In this document: piece after piece, positions 18,031 to 27,970 of the stretch
Layout of the letters: the number at the start of each line of letters is the position of its first letter
Position numbering within the stretch: the first letter of the stretch is position 1
Source of the DNA: Candidatus Peregrinibacteria bacterium
GTDB taxonomy: Bacteria; Patescibacteriota; Gracilibacteria; CAIRYL01; GCA-016699755
Direction: 5' to 3'
NCBI GenBank assembly: GCA_016699755.1
Contig: CP065009.1
Coordinates: 298,098-362,097 of the forward strand
Length of the DNA stretch: 64,000 bases
The notes under the pieces: model-generated
The model's database searches: none
Told to the model about the DNA's origin: nothing
Seen by the model: the letters and a program-made list of their open reading frames with translations, nothing else
Made by a program: the position numbers and the translations under genes

Positions 18031-19428
18031 CTACGTTCTTTTCTCAAGAAGTGCTACGGTCTCTACGTGTGGAGTGTTTGGAAAGAGGTCGTGAGGACGA
18101 GCTTTTGTGAGTTTCCATCCAAATTCGTTTGCTTCTAAAATATCTCGGGCAAGTGTTGCGGGATTACATGAAACAAGGATTATTTTTTTTGCAGAAGTGG
18201 AGAAGAGGCTTTTCCGAACTTTTTTTGGGAGTCCGTTTCGTGGGGGGTCAGTCACTACGACATGCGGTGCAAAGTCGATAAGTGTTTCAGGGAGAATGCT
18301 TTCTACCGAACCAACGATAAATTCGGTATTATTGATGGCATTCCTTTTTGCATTTTCTCTGGCATTTTGAATTGCCTCCGGAATAACCTCTACTCCTAAG
18401 ACGCGTTTTGCAGAAGATGCGAGTGCGAGTGCAATGCTTCCTGTTCCACAAAATGCATCAAGAACCCTTTCTCCTTCTTGTATATCTGCGCATTCCTTAA
18501 TGCTTTCCATAAGTTTTTCAGCAGATTCTGTATTCACCTGAAAAAATGCGTTTCCTGAAATGCGAAAATGAGTGCCACACCATATTTCTTCTAATACGTC
18601 TTCTCCAAAAAGTGTTTCGGTTGGCGCATCAAAGCCAGCAACTGAAACCCCCGAATGAAGCACAACAGCTATTCCTGAAATGTTTGGAATTTCCTTTAAT
18701 AAAGCAGAAACAATCGGATTCCAGAATGATCTTTCCTTTTTTTCTGATACGACAATACGCACCAAAATATTCCCTGTTCGTTCTGAATTTCGAAGAATAA
18801 GATTCCGCCAAAATCCTTTATGTATAATGGGGTTCCAGACAGGAAGCTCTGAAGAGAGCGCAAATTCCTCTATTTTTTGAACAATTTTTGAGAAAATTTC
18901 TGGTGAAAGACAGGTACCTAAGCATCGTACAATTTCCCTCCAGTTTCCGCGTTTATGGAGACCAAGACCAGGATTTTCATCGTGATGCTTAATAGATCCG
19001 TCTGAAAGAATCTCTTTTCGCATTCGGGAATATCCAAATGAGAATTCCATTTTATTTCGATAACGAAATATTTTGGGACTGGGAACAATGGGGTCGACAA
19101 TACTGTTTTTCTGTTTTGCAATACGTTCTAGAGAATCTTTTACAAATTGTGCTTTCCAGTGCAATTGTTCGTCGTAGGCAATGTGTTGCCATGGAGCACC
19201 TCCTGAAAGGGGAAATTCTGCATCGCAAGGAGGAATATAATGTGGCGATTCTTCGAGCACCTCCTGAATTTCTCCAAAAAACGCTTGTTTTTTTCGATGA
19301 GTGATGCGAAAGCGGACAATCTGTCCTGGAATACCAAGAGGAAGAAAAATAACCTTTTCTTCATGTTTGACAATACCACTTCCATCTGAAGAAAGTCCTA
19401 TAACTTGTGATTTCATGTTGTTTTCCAT
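18031..19428 (-). CDS. TRAM-domain RNA (uracil-5-)-methyltransferase (RumA/TrmA family)
   Basis: N-terminal TRAM-like barrel, 'FFQVN', 'LDAFCGTGSIALALA' SAM motif, 'VVTDPPRNG', 'ILVSCNPATLARD'. Confidence 0.85.
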   Translation of the reverse strand: MENNMKSQVIGLSSDGSGIVKHEEKVIFLPLGIPGQIVRFRITHRKKQAFFGEIQEVLEESPHYIPPCDAEFPLSGGAPWQHIAYDEQLHWKAQFVKDSLERIAKQKNSIVDPIVPSPKIFRYRNKMEFSFGYSRMRKEILSDGSIKHHDENPGLGLHKRGNWREIVRCLGTCLSPEIFSKIVQKIEEFALSSELPVWNPIIHKGFWRNLILRNSERTGNILVRIVVSEKKERSFWNPIVSALLKEIPNISGIAVVLHSGVSVAGFDAPTETLFGEDVLEEIWCGTHFRISGNAFFQVNTESAEKLMESIKECADIQEGERVLDAFCGTGSIALALASSAKRVLGVEVIPEAIQNARENAKRNAINNTEFIVGSVESILPETLIDFAPHVVVTDPPRNGLPKKVRKSLFSTSAKKIILVSCNPATLARDILEANEFGWKLTKARPHDLFPNTPHVETVALLEKRT

Positions 19429-19467
19429 TCTTTTTGTGGAGAGATATATGACAAGTTTTGGGAGTGA

Positions 19468-20913
19468 CTAAAAGTTCACTAAAAAGAGAACGACAAGACC
19501 TATGGTCACGAGTGATCCAAAAGAGTATCCCAATATTTTCCCATGTGAAAGCCGTACGTGAATAGTAAGTCCGGCAAAAATAAGGAACACAGATCCTGTG
19601 ATCATAAAAGGAAATGAGCTTGTAACCGATCGCCATAAAAAATCATAGAACGAAGATTCATTTCCCCATTTCACAAGGGCAAAAACAGTTATATAAAAAA
19701 AAGAAACATAGAAAGCAAGAAGCCATCCAAAAAAGAGACGAAGTTCTCGAAAAAACCGATATGAAAGATTTATGTGGTAGTCGCGTTGTTCCTCTTTTTT
19801 TTTATTTTCCTCCTCTTTCATTGTTTCCTCCTGTTCCGCATTCATTTTTTCTCCTTTCGCAATGAGTTTTGCTCTTGAGGCACTAACAACATCTGAGAGC
19901 TCTTGAAATGTCTCGACGAGACTATGAAGATGTTCTTTTCGGGCGGCATTACTCTTTGTAAAAATAATGCGCCGTATCGTTCGAAAAATTTTTCGAGTTG
20001 AATGAATGATGAGTTTTGTCCGAATGGCGGCAGGGTTTGTTTGAAGAAACCCTTGTGGTTTTTCCTCTCTGTGCTTTTGTTTTTTCCCGAGTGCTTTTGC
20101 GAGGCGTTCGGAGAGTTTTCCGAGACGCGATGTTGTTCCCGCATTTTTTGATCTGAGGTAATAGTCTTCAACATTTACTTCTTGTTTTTCACGCTCCTCT
20201 TTTTCTCCTCTTATGCCACCCTCTTCACTCACCTCTGTGCCCCCATGCTCCTGCTGAGCCTTATCAATAAGATCGAGGAGTTCATCTGCAAGATCTTGAA
20301 TATATTTTAGGTTATTACTGAGGCGAAGACGCATAAGATTATCTACGCGGATTTTGATTTCGTGGTACTCGTTTCCCGTCATCTGATCCTGATAGCCCTT
20401 CATTACCTCCTCTGCCCTTTTGGCGATTTTTTCTACACTTTTAATAAGTTCTTTTTTTGTTTGTAAAAAATATTCATTCTTCTTCTCGTCCGATCCTGCC
20501 AAATCATTTTCCGGTTCTTTTGGGGCAATACCATATTTCTCAAAAACCTCATCAGAAAGTTCTTTAAGCCCCTCCTTTCCTTTTTCTTCTCGAAGTTGTT
20601 CTGGAACACTTGTTTCACAAAGCGATATGACCCGAAAGCCATATTCTGAGATAAGGCGAATGTATGCGGTTTCACGAGATTTTGCATTAATGGTTCCTGC
20701 AGTTTCTTTCCCTTTAACATCGACAACATGAAAGTAGAACGACATTGATCCTGTTTCTTCTTCTGCAATTTCTTCGTTTGTTTTCTCAATAAAAACTACA
20801 GAAAGCCCCATAGCATGAAGTTTTGCTCGTGCTTCTTTTTCGTCTTTTGCCGCTAAAACTCCTGTAAGTTTTCGGTTTTCTTGGTTGAGGGTGATATACT
20901 TAAACTTTTCCAT
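19468..20913 (-). CDS. hypothetical membrane protein with two GspF/PilC-N-terminal-like repeats
   Basis: 'FKYITLNQENRKLTGVLAAKDEKEARAKLHAMGLSVVFIE' and 'FYFHVVDVKGKETAGTINAKSRETAYIRLISEYGFRVISL' resemble the repeated cytoplasmic module of T2SS/T4P platform proteins. Charged middle, C-terminal TM bundle. Confidence 0.45.
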   Translation of the reverse strand: MEKFKYITLNQENRKLTGVLAAKDEKEARAKLHAMGLSVVFIEKTNEEIAEEETGSMSFYFHVVDVKGKETAGTINAKSRETAYIRLISEYGFRVISLCETSVPEQLREEKGKEGLKELSDEVFEKYGIAPKEPENDLAGSDEKKNEYFLQTKKELIKSVEKIAKRAEEVMKGYQDQMTGNEYHEIKIRVDNLMRLRLSNNLKYIQDLADELLDLIDKAQQEHGGTEVSEEGGIRGEKEEREKQEVNVEDYYLRSKNAGTTSRLGKLSERLAKALGKKQKHREEKPQGFLQTNPAAIRTKLIIHSTRKIFRTIRRIIFTKSNAARKEHLHSLVETFQELSDVVSASRAKLIAKGEKMNAEQEETMKEEENKKKEEQRDYHINLSYRFFRELRLFFGWLLAFYVSFFYITVFALVKWGNESSFYDFLWRSVTSSFPFMITGSVFLIFAGLTIHVRLSHGKILGYSFGSLVTIGLVVLFLVNF

Positions 20914-20942
20914 GTGACTCGGGAAATTTTCTTTTTCCTATT

Positions 20943-22013
20943 TTAACGATTTTGTTCGGAAAAGGAAAAGAGGGGATTTTGGTTTTTATTTTGAGGGGAG
21001 GAAAGACCAATATGATGAAATGCCTGATCTTGAAGAACCCTTCCTTGAGGAGTGCGTGCTAAGAAACCAATTTGCAAAAGATACGGTTCTCGAATATCTT
21101 CAATGGTTTCGCGTTCCTCCGAAATTGCCGCTGAAAGTGTTGAGAGCCCTACCGGTCCACCGGAAAACTGTTCGGCTACAATGCGAAGAAAACGTCGATC
21201 TCCTTCGTTTAGACCAAGTTTATCTATGCCAAGCTCAAAAAGTGCTTTTTCTGCAATCGGTAACGAAATTTCGTCCAAATGTTCTACATGTGCAAAATCG
21301 CGAAGACGATGGAGAAGTCTATTGGCAATGCGTGGCGTTCCTCGACTAGAGCGCGCAATAAGGCTTGCGGAATCTGGATGGATAGCAACATCAAGCTTTT
21401 TTGCGTTTGCGTGTACGATGGTTTCCAGATCTTTTGGATCATAGAATTCAAGTCGAAAACTTTCCCCAAAACGGTCTCGAAGCGGAGATGAAAGTCCTCC
21501 GAGTTTTGTGGTTGCTGCGATAAAGGTGAATTTTGGAAGCTGAATGCGAAGTGACCTTGCTCCTGGACCTTTTCCGACGATGATATCAAGTGCAAAATCT
21601 TCAAGTGCAGAGTAGAGCATTTCTTCTACAGGACGCCTGAGTCGATGAATTTCATCCAAGAAAAAGACATCTCCTTCTTCAAGATTGCTTAAGAGTGCGG
21701 CGAGATCACCGGATTTTTCAATAGTAGGTCCAGATGTGATCCGAAGTGATCCACCCATTTCTGTTGCTATAATACTGGCGAGTGTTGTTTTTCCAAGCCC
21801 TGGTGGACCGTAAAAAAGAAGATGCGGTGCGGTTTCTTGTCGTTTTTTTGCGGCAGTTAAAATAACATTAAGTGTGCGCTTGAGTTGGTTCTGCCCGACA
21901 AAATCGACGAGTGTTTTTGGTCGAAGTGCACTGTGAAGGAGATCCTCTGAGAGAGGAGTATTCTGCGTATTTCCTCCAGAAATTGATGATGACTCGGAAC
22001 GAACAATGGCCAC
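20943..22013 (-). CDS. ruvB: Holliday junction branch migration helicase RuvB
   Basis: 'LLFYGPPGLGKTTLA', 'FLDEIHRL', 'GTPRIANRLLRR'-type block. Confidence 0.95.
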   Translation of the reverse strand: MAIVRSESSSISGGNTQNTPLSEDLLHSALRPKTLVDFVGQNQLKRTLNVILTAAKKRQETAPHLLFYGPPGLGKTTLASIIATEMGGSLRITSGPTIEKSGDLAALLSNLEEGDVFFLDEIHRLRRPVEEMLYSALEDFALDIIVGKGPGARSLRIQLPKFTFIAATTKLGGLSSPLRDRFGESFRLEFYDPKDLETIVHANAKKLDVAIHPDSASLIARSSRGTPRIANRLLHRLRDFAHVEHLDEISLPIAEKALFELGIDKLGLNEGDRRFLRIVAEQFSGGPVGLSTLSAAISEERETIEDIREPYLLQIGFLARTPQGRVLQDQAFHHIGLSSPQNKNQNPLFSFSEQNR

Positions 22014-22139
22014 AGAAGAATCGGAAATAAAATCTCTTCCATTGTGGTTTTTTTTAGCGAGAAGAGCAAGGAGGCTATTTTTGGTATGAGAATGATGGAA
22101 GAATAATTTTTTTGTTCAAAAATGGAAAATATAAATATC

Positions 22140-22982
22140 CTAAAGTGAGAAGTTGGTTTTTATAATTTCTCCAATACGTGGAAGTCCCGAAAGATCGGGG
22201 TACATTTTCCCCTGAGAAGTGGGAAAAAATCGCGTTGCTATCTCTTCGAGTGCTTTTTGTTGTGGTGGATGGAATTCAAAGAGGAGTACATCGAATTCAA
22301 TATTTTTCAGAAGAGGAAAAAGTCTTTTATAATGCAAAAGCCCATCTTTTCCTGAATACAATGCACTTTGTGGCTCTTGGCGTGTACTTGAATGCGCTTC
22401 TCCCTCTGGAACATACGGAAGGTTTGCGGCAATAATAAGAGGACGAGGAAGTTTAGAAAATAGTATTCCGGTTGGCAAAAGATCGCCCTGTAGAAATTGT
22501 ATGGAGCGTTTGTGGAGTCTGGCATTTTTTCGTGCGATAAGAAGGGCTTTTGGAGAAATATCTACTCCAATAATTTTGTGAGGCTTTGCATTGTGTGCTA
22601 CAGAAATGGCAATACACCCCGATCCGGTACCAATATCGAGGAGGGTTCCTCCTCCTTTTTGTAAAAAAGAAATAGCACGTTCCACAAGAAGCTCTGTTTC
22701 TGGGCGAGGAATAAGGACATCAGGTGTCACAAGAAAGGGGAGTCCATAAAATTCTTGCATTCCAGTAAGATATGCAAGAGGTGTTCCTGTTCGTCGTTTT
22801 TGAATAAGTATTCCTGCTTCTTGCTGTTGTTTGGTGGAGAGTTGATATTCGGGGTGAGCTATGAGAAATGAACAAGGTTTTGCAAGAACATGAGCAAGAA
22901 TAAGCTCTGCTTCGAGTTTTGGGCACTCGGAAATTTCGGTAAAAAGACGCGAAGCATATTCTAAAAATGCGTAAATATTCAT
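22140..22982 (-). CDS. prmC: release factor glutamine N5-methyltransferase
   Basis: 'LLDIGTGSGCIAIS' SAM motif and 'ANLPYV' (NPPY-type) motif. HemK architecture. Confidence 0.8.
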   Translation of the reverse strand: MNIYAFLEYASRLFTEISECPKLEAELILAHVLAKPCSFLIAHPEYQLSTKQQQEAGILIQKRRTGTPLAYLTGMQEFYGLPFLVTPDVLIPRPETELLVERAISFLQKGGGTLLDIGTGSGCIAISVAHNAKPHKIIGVDISPKALLIARKNARLHKRSIQFLQGDLLPTGILFSKLPRPLIIAANLPYVPEGEAHSSTRQEPQSALYSGKDGLLHYKRLFPLLKNIEFDVLLFEFHPPQQKALEEIATRFFPTSQGKMYPDLSGLPRIGEIIKTNFSL

Positions 22983-23052
22983 AGGAATTGAAAAAAAAGG
23001 AAAAAACTGGTAGTATTATGGGAAAAAATTTCTCCGTTCCGAAACAAAAAAT

Positions 23053-23661
23053 ATGCCAAAGATTTTTTCCTCATTCCTTCATCTCTTTTCCGGTGTTATT
23101 TGGCGTTCTTTTGTTTGGGGATTCTTTTTTATTCTCATCTCCTCTACTGTACGAGCGGATACGGAAATTACCGATCTTGGTGCGGTGCAAACATTTAATG
23201 AGTATATTTCTGTCGTGTGGGCATGGGCGGCAAATATCATCCTTCTTCTTGCAGTGGCAGGTGTAGTGGTAGGAGGAATACTCCTCACCCTTTCTGCCGG
23301 AAATGAAAATCGTGCGGATATGGGGCGCACTACAATTCGAGGAAGTATTATTGGTATGAGTATTGTGCTTCTTTCGGGAACCATTCGTATTTTTATTTTC
23401 AACATTGTTCCTGAAAACCAAGATTCACAAAACTTAGGAGGGGCATTTGAGGCACTCCACTCACTCATTAATGGGCTTCTTGGTTTAGTTGGCGGTGCAG
23501 CGGCAGTAGGTATCATTATTTCTGGCATAAAGTACATGACATCTTCTGGGGATTTCGAAAAGCTCGATTCCTCTAGGCGGTCACTTAAACTCTCACTCTG
23601 GGGACTTGGAATTGCCTTAGGAGCTTGGGGAATTTTGGCGTATGTCGTCAATATTTTTTAA
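23053..23661 (+). CDS. TrbC/VirB2-type pilin-like membrane protein
   Basis: Signal/TM N-terminus. C-terminus 'VGIIISGIKYMTSSGDFEKLDSSRRSLKLSLWGLGIALGAWGI' has the same TM-loop-TM pattern as 10230-10886 and 23676-24377. Confidence 0.6.
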   Translation: MPKIFSSFLHLFSGVIWRSFVWGFFFILISSTVRADTEITDLGAVQTFNEYISVVWAWAANIILLLAVAGVVVGGILLTLSAGNENRADMGRTTIRGSIIGMSIVLLSGTIRIFIFNIVPENQDSQNLGGAFEALHSLINGLLGLVGGAAAVGIIISGIKYMTSSGDFEKLDSSRRSLKLSLWGLGIALGAWGILAYVVNIF

Positions 23662-23675
23662 TCTTTTGTGTTTTT

Positions 23676-24377
23676 ATGAGTATCCCATTAAAAGCTTTCG
23701 GAAAATTTTTCTGCTTTCTTCTTTCTTTTTTTCTTTTTACTCCGGCATTTGCTGTTGCTCCTTCATCTGTAAACGAAGGAAGTATTATCGTAAAAACTTT
23801 TTCTTCGGGAAGTGCTCGTATTTCGTGGACTTCTGTTCCGGGGGCAGACCGCTACCTGATCGATTATGGAATGGAGTCTGGGGTATACGGAGATCGAGAA
23901 GACACTCCAAATATTTCTGTGGATCTCGTTGGGCTTACGCTCAATACCGATTATTATTTTACCATCACCTCCGTGAGTGTTCTCTCGGAAGAATCCCCTC
24001 CAACTTCTGAGCAAACATTTCGTATTAACTCGCCTGTTTCACGTTCGTATATTCCAAATGGTGTTGAGGGGAGTGACTTTGGCAATTTAGTACAGGATCA
24101 AATTGAGGCAGATCCTATTGTATCACCATCATTTCTTGGGAATTATACTCCGCAAGAAGCCCTTTCGTCATTCGTGAATGCATTAATGGGAATTTCTATA
24201 AGCATCGCAACCATGGCACTTCTGTGGGGGGGAATTTTGCGCGCTACATCGGCAGGAGATGAGGAAAAAATTGAAAAATCAAAGAAATTTTTCTTTTGGT
24301 CGATTGTCGGATTTTGTATAAGTTTTTCTGCATGGGGAATTGTAGCACTCGTTCGGGACTTTTTCCCCGCTTCATAA
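23676..24377 (+). CDS. FN3-like domain protein with C-terminal TrbC/VirB2-type pilin-like hairpin
   Basis: Signal peptide, 'ARISWTSVPGADRYLIDYG...YYFTITSV' (fibronectin-III-like), then 'MALLWGGILRATSAGDEEKIEKSKKFFFWSIVGFCISFSAWGI'. Confidence 0.6.
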   Translation: MSIPLKAFGKFFCFLLSFFLFTPAFAVAPSSVNEGSIIVKTFSSGSARISWTSVPGADRYLIDYGMESGVYGDREDTPNISVDLVGLTLNTDYYFTITSVSVLSEESPPTSEQTFRINSPVSRSYIPNGVEGSDFGNLVQDQIEADPIVSPSFLGNYTPQEALSSFVNALMGISISIATMALLWGGILRATSAGDEEKIEKSKKFFFWSIVGFCISFSAWGIVALVRDFFPAS

Positions 24378-24470
24378 ACGGAAATTTTTTTTCTAGAGTG
24401 TTCTTTTCTGACATTTACTTGCGAAAACACTGTTCCTTTTGAAAGAATCGGAAACAGTTTTTTTGTTTTC

Positions 24471-26321
24471 GTGAAAAAAGAATTTGAGCAGTCTTGTGGA
24501 TACCATATCCAATGTGTTTCGTGCGGTAAACGGTGGAAAGAAGAAGAGACCATTACGAACTGTCTTGATTGCGGAAACGCACTTGAAGTTGTGATGAATC
24601 TTGAAAAAATAGCACTCCAAGTCAATCGTTTTGCGCTGACGCATACACCGCTTTCTGCGGCAAAATATCTCGATTTTTATCCCATTTGTGATCGTTCAAA
24701 AGTGGTAACTCTTTCAGAAGGAAATACACCGCTTTACCGTGCGGAACGCTTAGGAAAATCTCTTGGGTTTTCCCAACTTTTTATTAAAGACGAAGGAGCA
24801 AATCCAACCGGAGTTTTTAAAGACCGTGGAAGTTTAGTAGAAATTACAAAAGCGCTTGAAATGGGGGCAACAGCAATATGTGTTGCGAGCACAGGGAATA
24901 TGGCGGCATCGGTTTCTGCGTATGCAAGTCGTGCAGGATTACCTTGTTACGTCCTTGTTCCTGAGGGAACTCCTATTGGGAAACTCGCGCAAACGCTGAG
25001 TTATGGAGGGAAGCTTATTCAGATTCGGGGAACATACGCCGATTGTGTGCGACTTTCGGATGAGCTCTCTCGAAAAAATAATTTTTATCTTGCAGGAGAC
25101 TATGCATTTCGTGCGGAGGGTGCCAAATCCACCGCATTTGAAATTCTCGAACAGCTCCACTGGAAAGTACCAGATGCTGTTTTGGTTCCCGTGGGATGTG
25201 GAACAAATCTCGCCGGCATTGCAAAAGGATTTCGAGAGTTTTTTGAATTGGGATACGTGAACACAATTCCGCGAATGATTGCCGTTCAGCCGGAGGGGTG
25301 TAATACGGTATGTGAAGCATTTCACTCTGGTGCCGATCGCTTTACTCCAGTGGATAAGCCAAAAACAGTAGCGAGTGCGGTTGGAATTGGATTTCCGCTT
25401 GATGATATAAAGTGTCTCTGTGCGCTCAAACAATCTGGTGGAACCGCAGAAACTGCTTCTGATGAAGATATTCTATTGGCACAATATCAACTTTCGAAAC
25501 AGGAATCTGTTTTTACAGAACCTTCTGGGGCAATTCCGATAGCGGTTTTGCCAAAGCTCCTCGAAAAAGGATTGCTCAAAGCAGACGAAATAGTAGTTTG
25601 TATCGCTACTGGAACAGGACTCAAAGATCCAAAAGCCGCTATTCAGTCTTTTGCAGAGCCTTCTACTATAAGTGCTCAAATTGAAGATATTGAACGCTTT
25701 CTTCAAAGTGGAGCATCAGACATGCGCCCTTCCCGACAATCACAAAAGGAAGAAGAAGTGTTTCAGGCTCTTCCCTCTGGAATGGAGCTTCGAATATTTT
25801 TAGAAAAAGAATTTTCCCATTCCCCTGACGATATTGTTCTTGAAAATGTTCTCCAAGAAATTGATTCTTTTTTTCGTCGAGGGAAAACGATTACGAAAGC
25901 GGATCTTTTAAATATGTTAGAAGAAGCTATTGAAAATACAAATATTCCTGAATTTCCTTTGAGTATTACTGATTTTTCTGTCGAAGATTCTTTTCAAAAA
26001 TCTCCATTTGCTCAGGTATTACTCGATTTTTCAGGAGATTCCTGTTCAGGGCAATCAATAGGAGTTGGACCAGTGGATGCTCTTATTAAAGCAATGAAAA
26101 ACGCACTTTCTTCTGTAAGTGATTTTTGGCCGGAGCTTGCCGACTTTCATGTGGAAATAATAACGAGCAAAGAAAGCGCTATTGCAAAGGTTTTTATGGC
26201 AATGCAGGATGGAGAGGGGAATCAAGTACACGCAAAAGCAAGTAGCCCCGATGTTATTGTTGCGGCACTCCACGCATTTATAAAAGGATTTAACCTCCTT
26301 TTTGATCATCGGAAAAAATAG
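24471..26321 (+). CDS. thrC: threonine synthase-like PLP enzyme fused to a LeuA-type allosteric (LeuA_dimer-like) C-terminal domain
   Basis: N-terminal Cys4 ribbon ('CVSCG...CLDCG'), PLP-lysine block 'GVFKDRGS', 'STGNMAAS'. C-terminal about 120 aa (about 25947-26318) 'GVGPVDALIKAM...LADFHVEII...AIAKVFM...SPDVIVAALHAFIKGFN' matches the LeuA regulatory-domain pattern. GTG start. Confidence 0.75.
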   Translation: MKKEFEQSCGYHIQCVSCGKRWKEEETITNCLDCGNALEVVMNLEKIALQVNRFALTHTPLSAAKYLDFYPICDRSKVVTLSEGNTPLYRAERLGKSLGFSQLFIKDEGANPTGVFKDRGSLVEITKALEMGATAICVASTGNMAASVSAYASRAGLPCYVLVPEGTPIGKLAQTLSYGGKLIQIRGTYADCVRLSDELSRKNNFYLAGDYAFRAEGAKSTAFEILEQLHWKVPDAVLVPVGCGTNLAGIAKGFREFFELGYVNTIPRMIAVQPEGCNTVCEAFHSGADRFTPVDKPKTVASAVGIGFPLDDIKCLCALKQSGGTAETASDEDILLAQYQLSKQESVFTEPSGAIPIAVLPKLLEKGLLKADEIVVCIATGTGLKDPKAAIQSFAEPSTISAQIEDIERFLQSGASDMRPSRQSQKEEEVFQALPSGMELRIFLEKEFSHSPDDIVLENVLQEIDSFFRRGKTITKADLLNMLEEAIENTNIPEFPLSITDFSVEDSFQKSPFAQVLLDFSGDSCSGQSIGVGPVDALIKAMKNALSSVSDFWPELADFHVEIITSKESAIAKVFMAMQDGEGNQVHAKASSPDVIVAALHAFIKGFNLLFDHRKK

Positions 26322-26361
26322 GAAAGTGAATTTCATTATTTCCCATATCCTCCCTACTTAT

Positions 26362-27330
26362 TTACCCCCGGTACACGAGGAAGATCATATACACAACATA
26401 TATTCCTATGAATATTCCTGCTTGCCAACGTTCGAGGAGGTGCTTTTTCCCAATGAAGAAGATGGCAAAAAGAAAAATAGTAGCGAGTCCAGTCATTCCG
26501 ATATCTATGTTCAAATGAGGATTGAGTGGAAGCGGGCGAATAATGGAGCTGATGCCCAAAATCCAAAATATATTGAAAATATTTGAACCAACGACATTCC
26601 CGACAGCAATATCTGACTCTTTTCGCAGAGCCGCAATAATTGAGGTAACGAGCTCTGGAAGGGATGTTCCAATGGCGACAATTGTGAGCCCGATAAGTGC
26701 CTCTGAAAGTCCAAAAAGTTTTGCAATGGTAATTGATTGAGAAACAAAAAGTTGTCCTCCCACGAAGAGTCCAAAGAGGCCTGCAAGAACAAAGCCGATA
26801 GAAACTGAAGCAGAGTACATTTGTATTTCTTCTTCTCCTTCTTCTGCTGTGCTATTGTTTTGAAGACCCCAAACATAGTACATAAAAAGGAGAAAAAGGC
26901 TTAAAAGGGCAATTCCATCACTCCGAGAAATTTCATTAAATCCGCGCCCCTCAAGAAGCGTATCGTTTCCAAAAAGAAAAATGAGTGCTACTCCGAGAAA
27001 AGCAAACGGAATTTCTTTCCACACTGTATTGCTCTTCACGGCAAGCGGGTACACAAGTCCTGCACACCCAAGAATAAGAAGAATGTTTGCAATGTTGCTT
27101 CCCAGTATGTTTCCAATTGCGATGTCAGTATTCCCTTTTACGGCGGCAAAAATATTCACAATAAGCTCTGGCGCAGAAGTGCCAAACGCGACGACGGTAA
27201 GTCCGACAACAAAAGGTGAAATGCCAAAAACCCTCGCAAGAGATGAAGAACCACGAACAAGAAATTCTCCTCCGACAATGAGAATGACAAGCCCTATAAA
27301 AAGAAAGAGGAAGGGGAGAAAAATATCCAT
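26362..27330 (-). CDS. Ca2+/Na+ antiporter (CaCA/YrbG family)
   Basis: Duplicated alpha-repeats 'GTSAPELIVNI...GNILGSNIANILLILG' and 'GTSLPELVTSI...GNVVGSNIFNIFWILG'. ATG 27330 chosen because the longer ORF overlaps the ftsB-like gene. Confidence 0.85.
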   Translation of the reverse strand: MDIFLPFLFLFIGLVILIVGGEFLVRGSSSLARVFGISPFVVGLTVVAFGTSAPELIVNIFAAVKGNTDIAIGNILGSNIANILLILGCAGLVYPLAVKSNTVWKEIPFAFLGVALIFLFGNDTLLEGRGFNEISRSDGIALLSLFLLFMYYVWGLQNNSTAEEGEEEIQMYSASVSIGFVLAGLFGLFVGGQLFVSQSITIAKLFGLSEALIGLTIVAIGTSLPELVTSIIAALRKESDIAVGNVVGSNIFNIFWILGISSIIRPLPLNPHLNIDIGMTGLATIFLFAIFFIGKKHLLERWQAGIFIGIYVVYMIFLVYRG

Positions 27331-27476
27331 TATGTTGAAAAAATCCCACCCATTCTTCTCTGTTTTTGGAGTGGCGTAAAGCATATTCCTCTGAAAAATA
27401 TCCTCTTCTTCTGTTGGAAATTGGATTGTCGCAAGAAGTGAGACAATCCAATTTGCTCCTAAAAACCGTTTGCTTT

Positions 27477-27941
27477 CTATTTTGCTTCTGGAGTTTCTTC
27501 TTGTATGTTTGTCTTTTCGAGGAGCAATGCTGGTGAAGTCTCTCCAAAAAAGAACCATTTCCACTGATCTCGTTTCGGACGTCGAAGAAGAATTTCTCGC
27601 TCGAGAATATTTTTATTTGGTGCTGTTTCAAGATTATCTTCTGCCAGAGGAGGTTCTATATACATTACTTTTTCTCTTGGTTGCATGAGCCCTTCGTGCT
27701 CCTTCGCCCATTTGTCACGATATTGCGGAGAGCGAAGATATACGAGTTGCTGTTCCAAGTTTTTATTTTCCTCTTCAAGCATCTCAATATTATGCTGAAA
27801 ATCGCCTATCTCTCGTTCGAGTGTTGTGTGTTTAAGGAGGGAATTTCCCCAAGAAAATGCGAGGAGAAGTGAGATAAAAAGGCTTCCAATGATAGTCACA
27901 CTTGTTCCGAGGGATGTTTCGTTAAGGTGATTTTTCCGCAT
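27477..27941 (-). CDS. septum formation initiator (FtsB/DivIC-like)
   Basis: Single N-terminal TM followed by a leucine-zipper-like coiled coil 'IEMLEEENKNLEQQLVYLRSPQY'. Confidence 0.6.
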   Translation of the reverse strand: MRKNHLNETSLGTSVTIIGSLFISLLLAFSWGNSLLKHTTLEREIGDFQHNIEMLEEENKNLEQQLVYLRSPQYRDKWAKEHEGLMQPREKVMYIEPPLAEDNLETAPNKNILEREILLRRPKRDQWKWFFFGETSPALLLEKTNIQEETPEAK

Positions 27942-27970
27942 ATTGCTCTCAAAAAAACAGCTTTTGGAGA

